A DNA stretch of 64,000 nucleotides from an uncultured Pseudomonadales bacterium (GTDB lineage Bacteria; Patescibacteriota; Microgenomatia; UBA1400; UBA12108). The notes under the pieces are model-generated. The model was not told where the DNA came from. It did no database searches and was given only the letters and a program-made list of their open reading frames with translations. The translations under genes and the position numbers were made by a program. The DNA lies in NCBI GenBank assembly GCA_964507925.1, contig CAZDRB010000001.1:15072-79071 (forward strand), written 5' to 3'. Below, in pieces: positions 9,844-17,189 of this stretch (the stretch's first letter is position 1; every line of letters begins with the position of its first letter).

Positions 9844-10695
9844 TTACTTGGTTGCAGAAAAGAGTGTGTGTCCCCAAATTCCGCTTTGCCTAGTAATCCA
9901 TTGATATTTACAGGCATAGGCATTGCCGAGCTGATATTTATTCATGATTCCGAATTTGTGTAGTAGCCAATAAATGGGTAGTCCTGGAAGAGAACAAAGA
10001 TAAAAATATCTCGCTACTCTGCGAGTTTTACTAGAGTAATCTTCGCTTACAATCTGCTTGAAACCAGTAAGTTTCATTATCTTTTTGTGTTCGGTTGTAG
10101 ATAAGAGGTTTGGCATTTCCCAACCGTCAATAAATTTTTTTGTTTGAATTTTTTCTAACTTTGTCTTGGGGAGACGATAATAGGTAAATTCCCCGACAAC
10201 TAGCTTGCCACCTGGCTTTAACAATCTATATGCTTCTCTATAAAAATCTTGTTTATCTGCGACGTGACAAATGGTTTCTATCGCAATAATTGCATCAAAG
10301 CTATTGTCATTGAAAGTTGTTTTGGTATAGTCCATTTCGAGGTATTTTATTTTGTCTAAAAGGTCGCGATCTCTTGCAATCTTTGTTGCCTCTTTGATTT
10401 GCATCTGAGACAGGGTGACGCCAATACATTGACATCCAACTTTTGAAGCAAACCAACAGGTGGCCTCTCCTAATCCACTACCTGCATCAAGGAGTGTGCT
10501 GTAAGGATGAAGATTTAAGAGTTCGCTGATTTTTTCTAGGAGTCGGTGAGTTGCTTCTGACCTGTTGTGAACAGATTCGTCCCAATAACCATAGTTCATG
10601 CTGTAGTTTTTGTGTCTAAATAGGACCGTGAAATAATCAAAAAAAGTTTGGTCGTAATAATCTCTGACCCTACGCTTGGGCGTGTCTAGCTTCAT
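9844..10695 (-). CDS. Class I SAM-dependent methyltransferase
   Basis: LLDAGSGLGEATCWFA (motif I), FDAIIAIETICHV, LLKPGGKLVV. Start at MKLDTPKRR (ATG at 10695). Confidence 0.75.
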   Translation of the reverse strand: MKLDTPKRRVRDYYDQTFFDYFTVLFRHKNYSMNYGYWDESVHNRSEATHRLLEKISELLNLHPYSTLLDAGSGLGEATCWFASKVGCQCIGVTLSQMQIKEATKIARDRDLLDKIKYLEMDYTKTTFNDNSFDAIIAIETICHVADKQDFYREAYRLLKPGGKLVVGEFTYYRLPKTKLEKIQTKKFIDGWEMPNLLSTTEHKKIMKLTGFKQIVSEDYSSKTRRVARYFYLCSLPGLPIYWLLHKFGIMNKYQLGNAYACKYQWITRQSGIWGHTLFSATK

Positions 10696-10712
10696 TGATA
10701 TACTATACAAAA

Positions 10713-10737
10713 ACAGTGTAAGGCTAACAAGCACTGT
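10713..10737. promoter_or_regulatory. Inverted repeat ACAGTG-N13-CACTGT in the divergent spacer between the methyltransferase and the membrane flavoprotein gene
   Basis: Read directly: acagtgtaaggctaacaagcactgt. Position fits an operator, but nothing else supports that. Confidence 0.3.
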
Positions 10738-10751
10738 ATGATTGATTTTAT

Positions 10752-12197
10752 ATGAACAAATTGACTATGTATCAGTTGATGATCTATTTTTTGGGAACAC
10801 TCCTCGTGGCCCTAACCATCCTTTCTTATCTCAAGATCTTGCCCTACGATCCAGCTGATATTATTGCCTCGACCGTAATACTTTGTATCTCCTCAGTCGT
10901 AGTCAATGCCGTTGTCGCAAAGATAAGTCGCGCCTATACAAATGTTGAGTCTGCCCTCATTACCGGACAGATACTCTCATTGATTGTCGGTCCGCTTGGA
11001 GTCCAAGGTAACAGTTTTTTCTTGGTGAGTGTGGCCGGGATCTCGATCGTGTCTAAATATGTATTGGCGATTAATAAACGGCATGTTTTTAATCCGGCAG
11101 GACTTGGGATACTGGCTGGCGCCCTGTTGTTTGGGAGAGGGGCCTCTTGGTGGGTGGGGAGTGTGGAGATAATCGGATTAGTTGCCGCGGGCAGCATTTT
11201 GATATTTACCAAGCTCAAGCGTTTTACCCTCGCACTTGTGTTTTTGAGTGCTTATTTGCTTCCAGCGACGATGCTCGGAATTGATCCGATTACTATTTTG
11301 CTTTATACCCCAATATTGTTTTTTGCGTCGGTGATGCTCATTGAGCCACTGACTTCTCCGGTCAAGACAAAGCAACAGATAGCGTATGCAGCTTTTATGG
11401 GCATACTTTTGCTTGCCCTGCAGATGAGCCTAAAAGTCCCCTACACGCTCGAGCTCGGCTTGCTCGTTGCTAATCTGTTTTCTTATCTGATGGGCAAGCC
11501 TTTGCGGGTCGAGATGACACTAAAGAGTAGAGAAAAAATTGCCAAAAATACTTTTGCCTTTCATTTTTTGCCGGCAGAAAAGTTTGCGTTTGAGCCGGGT
11601 CAGTATATGTCCTGGACTCTCCCTCACAAAGGTCAGGACAAGCGAGGGGTGCGGAGGTATTTTACAATCTCTTCTTCTCCTCGTGATACGGAAGTAGTTG
11701 TAAGTCTCAAGCTGCCTGAGGGCCGGGCAAGTAGCTACAAGCAGTCGCTCATGAAAATGAGACTAGGTGACAAGATTATCGCAAATGACCCTGTGGGTGA
11801 GTTTGTACTACCAAATGATCATAATCTCCCCTTGGCATTTGTTGCGGGCGGAATTGGAGTTACGCCGTTTATTAGTATGGCAAAGTGGCTGATTGAGAAA
11901 AACGAAACACGGGATATTGTTCTTTTGTACGCTAACTCTCGCGAAGAGGATATCGCCTACTCGCAAGTTCTGGCACGAGCCAAAAAGCAAGGACTAAAGA
12001 CTATTAATATAGTAACCAAGCGGGACGGGCACATTGATCAAGCGATGATTGCGGCAAAAATTCCTGACTACAAAGCGCGGATGTTCTATGTTTCTGGACC
12101 GCAGGCTATGGTTGACGAGGTACAAAAATTACTCAGGCGCGCAGGAGTCAAGAAGATAAAGACTGATTTTTTCCCGGGATATGCAAAGGGCGATTAG
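10752..12197 (+). CDS. Membrane flavoprotein: RnfD/NqrB-like polytopic N-domain fused to a ferredoxin-NADP reductase-like FAD/NAD(P)-binding C-domain
   Basis: N-terminal ~270 aa multi-TM with HVFNPAGLGIL (cf. the RnfD/NqrB xFNPA motif). C-terminal RYFTISSSP (RxYS FAD site), GGIGVTPFISM (NAD(P) site), MFYVSGPQAM. Confidence 0.6.
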   Translation: MNKLTMYQLMIYFLGTLLVALTILSYLKILPYDPADIIASTVILCISSVVVNAVVAKISRAYTNVESALITGQILSLIVGPLGVQGNSFFLVSVAGISIVSKYVLAINKRHVFNPAGLGILAGALLFGRGASWWVGSVEIIGLVAAGSILIFTKLKRFTLALVFLSAYLLPATMLGIDPITILLYTPILFFASVMLIEPLTSPVKTKQQIAYAAFMGILLLALQMSLKVPYTLELGLLVANLFSYLMGKPLRVEMTLKSREKIAKNTFAFHFLPAEKFAFEPGQYMSWTLPHKGQDKRGVRRYFTISSSPRDTEVVVSLKLPEGRASSYKQSLMKMRLGDKIIANDPVGEFVLPNDHNLPLAFVAGGIGVTPFISMAKWLIEKNETRDIVLLYANSREEDIAYSQVLARAKKQGLKTINIVTKRDGHIDQAMIAAKIPDYKARMFYVSGPQAMVDEVQKLLRRAGVKKIKTDFFPGYAKGD

Positions 12198-12200
12198 TGT

Positions 12201-12620
12201 CTAGTTTTCAACAGTGATTGTCCCGGTATTTCGGGGAGAGAGGTGGTCATGATACGAGTATGAACCTGCCTCGGTAAAGGTAAATTCGTAGACTCCCCCA
12301 GTAACAACTCCCATCCGACTATCAAAGGTTGAGTAATCTGAGTGGATTGGATGGGGATCCGAGGCAGTCCACATGGGAGAGTCCGATTCGTTGACAAAGA
12401 CGACCTTGGTACCTGGCTTGACCGTGATTTCAGACGGAGCGTAGCCAGACTCTGTATAGACAACTCGCTCGGTTAGCTCAACCCCTCCCTCTGTGTTCTC
12501 AACTACTACTGGAGTGGGAGAGGAGACGGTAGGTAGATTTTTGTCAGGAGTTTGCTTAGTAAAGAAGATTACACCAAGGCTTATGAGAATTAAGATAGCT
12601 ACGATTGGCAAAGCTTTCAT
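12201..12620 (-). CDS. Secreted/membrane-anchored cupredoxin-like domain protein
   Basis: Signal/anchor MKALPIVAILILISLGVIFF, then ITVKPGTKVVFVNESDSPMWTASDPHPIHSD ... YSYHDH (cupredoxin_1-like, His-rich). Convergent with the flavoprotein gene. Confidence 0.5.
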   Translation of the reverse strand: MKALPIVAILILISLGVIFFTKQTPDKNLPTVSSPTPVVVENTEGGVELTERVVYTESGYAPSEITVKPGTKVVFVNESDSPMWTASDPHPIHSDYSTFDSRMGVVTGGVYEFTFTEAGSYSYHDHLSPRNTGTITVEN

Positions 12621-12643
12621 ATTGATTATTGTAGCAGAAAAAA

Positions 12644-13309
12644 TCACCAGTCAATTGATTGTTGCCCGTGAGCCTCGAGATATGAGTTGCACTGGGAAAA
12701 TGGTTTGGAGCCAAAAAATCCTGAATAGGCGGAGAAAGGCGAGGGATGAGGAGACTTGATTACGAGGTGTTTGGACTCATCGATCACGCTGCCCTTTTTT
12801 TGGGCATATGCTCCCCAAAGAATAAAGACTAGATTTTCTTTTTGCTCGGACAAGGACCTGATCACTGCGTCGGTAAAGCGCTCCCAGCCGATGTTCTGGT
12901 GGGAACCGGGAGAACTTTTTTTGACTGTGAGCGTCGCATTGAGAAGGAGTACACCTTGAGTTGCCCACGACTGGAGATCTCCTCCTGTAACTCTAGATTT
13001 ACGCCCGAGATCGGACTCGATTTCTTTGTAGATATTTTGGAGTGAGGGAGGGAGCTTGACACCTGAGCTGACCGCAAAAGCTAGGCCATTGGCTTGTCCC
13101 TCACCATGGTAGGGATCTTGGCCGATGATCACGACCTTGACCTGCTCGAAGGGCGTGAGCTCAAAGGCGCGAAAGATAAATTTTGGCGGTGGGTAAACGG
13201 TTGATGCGAGATATTTTGACTTGACGAACTCAGCTAGTTTTTGAAAATAATCCTGATTAAACTCTGACTCTAGTACCTTTTTCCAGCTTGGCTCGATTTT
13301 GACATTCAT
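12644..13309 (-). CDS. ung: Uracil-DNA glycosylase (family 1)
   Basis: GQDPYHGEGQANGLAF and HPSPFSAYSGFFG motifs. Start at MNVKIEPSWKK (ATG at 13309). Confidence 0.85.
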   Translation of the reverse strand: MNVKIEPSWKKVLESEFNQDYFQKLAEFVKSKYLASTVYPPPKFIFRAFELTPFEQVKVVIIGQDPYHGEGQANGLAFAVSSGVKLPPSLQNIYKEIESDLGRKSRVTGGDLQSWATQGVLLLNATLTVKKSSPGSHQNIGWERFTDAVIRSLSEQKENLVFILWGAYAQKKGSVIDESKHLVIKSPHPSPFSAYSGFFGSKPFSQCNSYLEAHGQQSIDW

Positions 13310-13374
13310 GTTGTATATGTTATCACTGAGGATCCATGGTTGACAGTATATATATCTCATAGTATTATCTCAAC

Positions 13375-14184
13375 ATGAAATTAGGATTCATCGAAACATT
13401 AGGAGGCTTATATAACAATAGCCTTGAACCATTCTCTCTTAAAAACAAGTTGGACACTTTCCAAAGTTTATATGGAGTTAGGCCGTCGCCATTTTTGATA
13501 GACAACCCAGTAAGAGAAATTTCCTTAACCGAGCTTTCCCCTTCAATCCACGCGTTTGTAGAAAGTTTTACAGATTCAGGAGAATTTAATCGAAGCTTAA
13601 CAGACTATTTGAATAGATCTGAAGCTGGTTCTCATCTCAATCCCAGAGAGTTTTCTTTAGTTGCTCATTCTGGACCTAGCACTAGTATTTCCCCACCGTA
13701 TGACACATTCTTTATGGATGGAGCGTCTGGCTTAATACTCACTTATGGTAAACCTAAAGATCGAAATTCTGTAATTGCATCGGTAGATCCACTATTCAGG
13801 GTAAATCAATCTAATAGAATGTCCCAAACTAATCATGACTACAAAGACATTGTTATTAATCAGTTACAAGGACCACTGAAAAATTTTTCGAACCCAGAGT
13901 TTAGAAAAATTTTTACTAGCTTTAGATGGGAACATTTACTTGTAGATTGTCTTGTGTCCTGGGCCTGGTACGCTGGTTTACAAAGATTATTACTTTTACC
14001 ATCATATTATAATTATTATGGCAAAGTGAAAAGAAACGAAAATGGAAGCGCAATTATGAGATATGATGTGACAGCGGAGCGACGTGGATTTAGACGTACT
14101 AAAGAAACCGAAGCATACTCAATATTGTTTGATCGAGGCATGGTGATAGAGGCCTACAAACAAATGTTTGGCCAACAATCCTGA
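13375..14184 (+). CDS. Hypothetical protein (269 aa), Ser/Asn-rich, no recognisable domain
   Basis: Long ORF with the -10 hexamer TAGTAT at 13356-13361 upstream; island cargo. Confidence 0.5.
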   Translation: MKLGFIETLGGLYNNSLEPFSLKNKLDTFQSLYGVRPSPFLIDNPVREISLTELSPSIHAFVESFTDSGEFNRSLTDYLNRSEAGSHLNPREFSLVAHSGPSTSISPPYDTFFMDGASGLILTYGKPKDRNSVIASVDPLFRVNQSNRMSQTNHDYKDIVINQLQGPLKNFSNPEFRKIFTSFRWEHLLVDCLVSWAWYAGLQRLLLLPSYYNYYGKVKRNENGSAIMRYDVTAERRGFRRTKETEAYSILFDRGMVIEAYKQMFGQQS

Positions 14185-14277
14185 GTCCTTGTTTGTAAAT
14201 TAGGCTTATACCATCTCAATTGTAGCCATCAGATTTATTATTGATATCTGAATTCATGCATGCGATATAATGAATTT

Positions 14278-14814
14278 ATGGCAGATTACATTGTTCTTCA
14301 TGGTAGTGGTGGCATAGACATGTGGATACCATGGTTAGAAAAAGAACTGAAAAGTAAAGCTTCTGATGTATGGGTACCGACACTTCCTGATCCTGGTGAG
14401 CCAGATCTCAAGAAGCAGCTTCCGTTTTTGCTGGAGAGCAACAAGATAGGTCCAGAGTCAACTATTATTGGACACTCCGCATCTTGTCCGCTGATTTTGA
14501 GCTTACTAGAAAACTTGGATATAACTGTAAAAAAAGTTGTCCTCGTTGCTGGATATAATAAGCCATTGATAAATAGTGTGTCTGATCCAATTTTGCAAGA
14601 TAGTTACAACTGGGAGAAGATAAAGAAAGCTGCTAAAGAGTTTGTTTTTGTAGTATCAGACAATGATCCGTGGGGGTGTGGAGAGGAGATGAATAGACCG
14701 ATATTCGAACAAGTAGGTGGCACTTTCGTCATTGTTCATGACGGAGGACATTTTGGATCTAATACTTTTAAGAAACCGCTGTACGAATTCCCTCTTTTAC
14801 TGGGCTTGATTTAG
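14278..14814 (+). CDS. RBBP9/YdeN-like alpha/beta serine hydrolase
   Basis: IVLHGSGG ... IIGHSASCP (GHSxS nucleophile elbow) ... VSDNDPWG ... HDGGHF (Ser-Asp-His triad order of PF06821). Start at MADYIV (ATG 14278); TTGATA at 14241, TATAAT at 14266, 6 nt, then ATG. Confidence 0.6.
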   Translation: MADYIVLHGSGGIDMWIPWLEKELKSKASDVWVPTLPDPGEPDLKKQLPFLLESNKIGPESTIIGHSASCPLILSLLENLDITVKKVVLVAGYNKPLINSVSDPILQDSYNWEKIKKAAKEFVFVVSDNDPWGCGEEMNRPIFEQVGGTFVIVHDGGHFGSNTFKKPLYEFPLLLGLI

Positions 14815-15291
14815 TTGCTTATCTATTCCCCCCTCTACCTCAGTCCCAAAGGTGACAAGGAGCTTGTCGCTGGGATTAATTGTTTGAGTGAGGGCGTTGG
14901 GGTTCTCGACTCCGTTCACGAAAAATCTCAATGTCCCGCTATCGCCTGTGCAAAATGTTTGGCCAGTACCCGTGGTTAGACACTCATTCGTCAGCTTCAT
15001 CGGGAGAGTAGAGAAAAAGTCGCCCCACGTAGTTCCCTGCTTTTTGACTTTGATCAGGCTCGGATTATCTGCCTCTATATATACGTCGGGGGAGAGATTG
15101 TGATATTTGGGATCGCTAAAAAACCTTAACGTTTGGTGAGTATAGATAGTAAATGATGCCTGTATGTCTAACTCTGAAATGATTACTTCTTTCGGGCTTG
15201 AACCTGAGGACATGTCTTGAGTTTTTTTGCTGGTGAAATATGTGAGCCCTGCGATAGCAAGAGCGAAGATGAGGAAAATTTTGAGTTTCAT
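14797..15291 (-). CDS. Secreted protein of unknown function; paralog of the 32527..33036 product
   Basis: Signal peptide MKLKIFLIFALAIAGLTYF. Shared blocks with 32527..33036: ASFTIYTHQT / AGFRVYVDD, KKQGTTWGDFFSTL / HRSGATWGDLFKNI, FFVNGVENPNA / GYVDGELVENV. Confidence 0.5.
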   Translation of the reverse strand: MKLKIFLIFALAIAGLTYFTSKKTQDMSSGSSPKEVIISELDIQASFTIYTHQTLRFFSDPKYHNLSPDVYIEADNPSLIKVKKQGTTWGDFFSTLPMKLTNECLTTGTGQTFCTGDSGTLRFFVNGVENPNALTQTINPSDKLLVTFGTEVEGGIDKQLNQAQ

Positions 15292-15315
15292 AAATAGTAT
15301 TATACTAGGGTATAT

Positions 15316-15594
15316 ATGGATACAAAATCGAATGAGCTACTTTTAACTGAGATCCGCAAGCTGGCTGAGGCTGTGACCAAGCTCAACAAGCACCAATCTG
15401 CCTGGTACTCATTTGGGCGTGGGATTATGTCAGCTCTGGGGTATTTTGTAGGAGCAGCAATATTGGTTGGCGTCATCGTATATCTTTTGCAGAGAGTAGA
15501 TCTCGTTCCGATTATTGGGGAATGGCTTGGGGGAGTGATCAACGAGACAATCAAGAACTCTATGGGCAATCAATTAATGTTTCCGAATAAGTGA
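15316..15594 (+). CDS. Small membrane protein (92 aa), hypothetical
   Basis: One TM helix (GIMSALGYFVGAAILVGVIVYLL). Its stop codon is the first nucleotides of repeat copy 1. Confidence 0.4.
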   Translation: MDTKSNELLLTEIRKLAEAVTKLNKHQSAWYSFGRGIMSALGYFVGAAILVGVIVYLLQRVDLVPIIGEWLGGVINETIKNSMGNQLMFPNK

Positions 15595-15697
15595 CCCTAG
15601 ACCTTCCGCATCCAAACCGCCTTATCACACATCTGATTGATCTATATAACCTATTCGCTCCAGATATGAGAATATCATCGGTAGCTATATCCTTCTA
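15591..15697 (+). repeat. 107-nt direct repeat, copy 1 (gtgaccctagaccttccgcatccaaaccg ... ggtagctatatccttcta)
   Basis: Hand alignment to 16128..16234: equal length, about two-thirds identical ungapped, with strongly conserved 5' (first 30 nt about 26/30) and 3' ends. Confidence 0.6.
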
Positions 15698-15758
15698 ATG
15701 TTTCAAATCATAATTTCATAGTGACCTTGAGATAGATACTCCCCTAGTCTGGTAAAAT

Positions 15759-16097
15759 GTGGAAATGAGTCAAGAGGTAAGAACTGATATGGAAGATGCC
15801 TGGGCATCAGCCATAGCTCAGCAAGCAGAGGAAGTAATTGAAGAAGGTGCAATTGTAGTAGTGCAGGATGATCCATATACTTGGAGATATAGATCTGACC
15901 ATCCTTTACATAAACACCCTCATATATTTAGGGATGGCCAAGAAGAAGGTGAGCCAAACCTACTGATTAGAGATGTAGATGGAAGTTTTAATGTTGTAAC
16001 ATTACTAAACATTACTTTAGCAATGACTAGACACACAAATAGAGATGTCCACTTAGTGAACGATGAAAATGACGTATTAAATTTACTGAACGGTTAA
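15759..16097 (+). CDS. Hypothetical acidic protein (112 aa) between the two 107-nt repeats
   Basis: ORF with GTG at 15759 or ATG at 15765 (MSQEV). TAAAAT at 15753, 6 nt, then the ATG at 15765. No domain recognised. Confidence 0.4.
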   Translation: MEMSQEVRTDMEDAWASAIAQQAEEVIEEGAIVVVQDDPYTWRYRSDHPLHKHPHIFRDGQEEGEPNLLIRDVDGSFNVVTLLNITLAMTRHTNRDVHLVNDENDVLNLLNG

Positions 16098-16127
16098 TTG
16101 CAAAAATACGTTGATATATAGGTTAAT

Positions 16128-16234
16128 GTGACCCTAGAACTTCCAGATCCAAACCGTATTATATCTAATCTGCTAGAGATTTTCGATCTGTTCAACCCAT
16201 TCATAAAATCACCAGGGTTGGCTATATCCTCTTA
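16128..16234 (+). repeat. 107-nt direct repeat, copy 2 (gtgaccctagaacttccagatccaaaccg ... ggttggctatatcctctta)
   Basis: See copy 1. Begins 30 nt after the stop of the 15759..16097 ORF. Confidence 0.6.
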
Positions 16235-16245
16235 GATTATCAAAC

Positions 16246-16539
16246 CTATTTATCCTTGCACAACGCTAAACACACCCCATTGTTGTTGTAACACCACGGA
16301 TCGCCCTTGCTATATGGACCCTTGCTTGCAGTTCGAGTTCCCAAATAGTGTCTATCATCACAGCTGCCGTTTTTCGGAGGTACTCCCATTTTAATACACT
16401 CATCGTAACAAAACTGATAGTTCGTCTTTGATTTCGGACCTCTAACTGAGTAAATAAGGCCGGATAAAGCCAAGATTAAAAGAGCGCCAGTAGCAACTAC
16501 CTTAATCACATTGTCAAAATTTAACTTAATAGAGCTCAT
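16246..16539 (-). CDS. Small cysteine-rich secreted/membrane-anchored protein (97 aa, 6 Cys)
   Basis: N-terminal signal anchor (VVATGALLILALSGLIY), then QFCYDECIKMGVPPKNGSCDDRHYLGTRTASKGPYSKGDPWCYNNNGVCLALC with 6 Cys in a ~50 aa module. Confidence 0.5.
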   Translation of the reverse strand: MSSIKLNFDNVIKVVATGALLILALSGLIYSVRGPKSKTNYQFCYDECIKMGVPPKNGSCDDRHYLGTRTASKGPYSKGDPWCYNNNGVCLALCKDK

Positions 16540-16569
16540 GGTGTAAGTATATACCTCCTCAACGATGGA

Positions 16570-17118
16570 TTATCCTAATAAGTCAAATGGATGTGATGGG
16601 AGTTCCATGCTTCCATACATTCGCTCGAGCTCAGCATACATTTTGTGGAAGAGGCGCTCACCCAAATCAAGACACATTTGTTCAATAATTGGAAAAGAGC
16701 TAATTTCAAATTTGGAGTTTGTAACCTGTATCCCCAATCCTTTTGTTGGTGGATATCCAGGCATATTTGTTACTCCAGGAGGTACGATCTCAACACGTCG
16801 ATACATACTATCGCTATGAGCTACAGTTTGGTCTCTATGGGCAATGATTTGGTAGTGAAGTGTTTGATATCTCAGGTTTGTATATCCTGGCCATGTACTA
16901 TCAAGCGGTCTACCATATGGGCGATTAGACTTAAACGCACGTGAGTATGCGCTTATTATATTGTCCTGAAGGTGTAAAAAACCCTCATCTTTGATGGACT
17001 TAACTGTTCTTAAAAATAATCTAGTTGTGTATAGCGCCTCAGCAATGTCTTGATGAGCAATGGCCAGCTTGTATAGAGAAATTCTTTCTTCCTCTGATAC
17101 ACCAGGATGACTAATCAT
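16570..17118 (-). CDS. Hypothetical protein (182 aa), no recognisable domain
   Basis: Clean ORF divergently arranged with the 587 aa ORF. Island cargo. Confidence 0.5.
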   Translation of the reverse strand: MISHPGVSEEERISLYKLAIAHQDIAEALYTTRLFLRTVKSIKDEGFLHLQDNIISAYSRAFKSNRPYGRPLDSTWPGYTNLRYQTLHYQIIAHRDQTVAHSDSMYRRVEIVPPGVTNMPGYPPTKGLGIQVTNSKFEISSFPIIEQMCLDLGERLFHKMYAELERMYGSMELPSHPFDLLG

Positions 17119-17189
17119 ATTTGTACTATTCTACAACTGATGAAAACAAAGTCATCTTTACCCAATGCTTGGCATATAATTAGCTTTAT

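Noticed and set aside
12194-12463. Track ORFs 12194..12463- and 12493..12759+ around the cupredoxin and ung genes
   Set aside because: Alternate-frame overlaps of better-supported genes (cupredoxin-like 12201..12620, ung 12644..13309).
15591-16234. 107-nt repeats considered as remnants of tRNA 3' ends (att sites), because both begin gtgaccc like the rc of the tRNA-Glu 3' end (tgacccca...)
   Set aside because: Similarity beyond the first 7 nt is weak (only ATCCAAACC vs ATCGAACC). The element uses a serine recombinase, which does not generate long att duplications. Kept only as a remote possibility.
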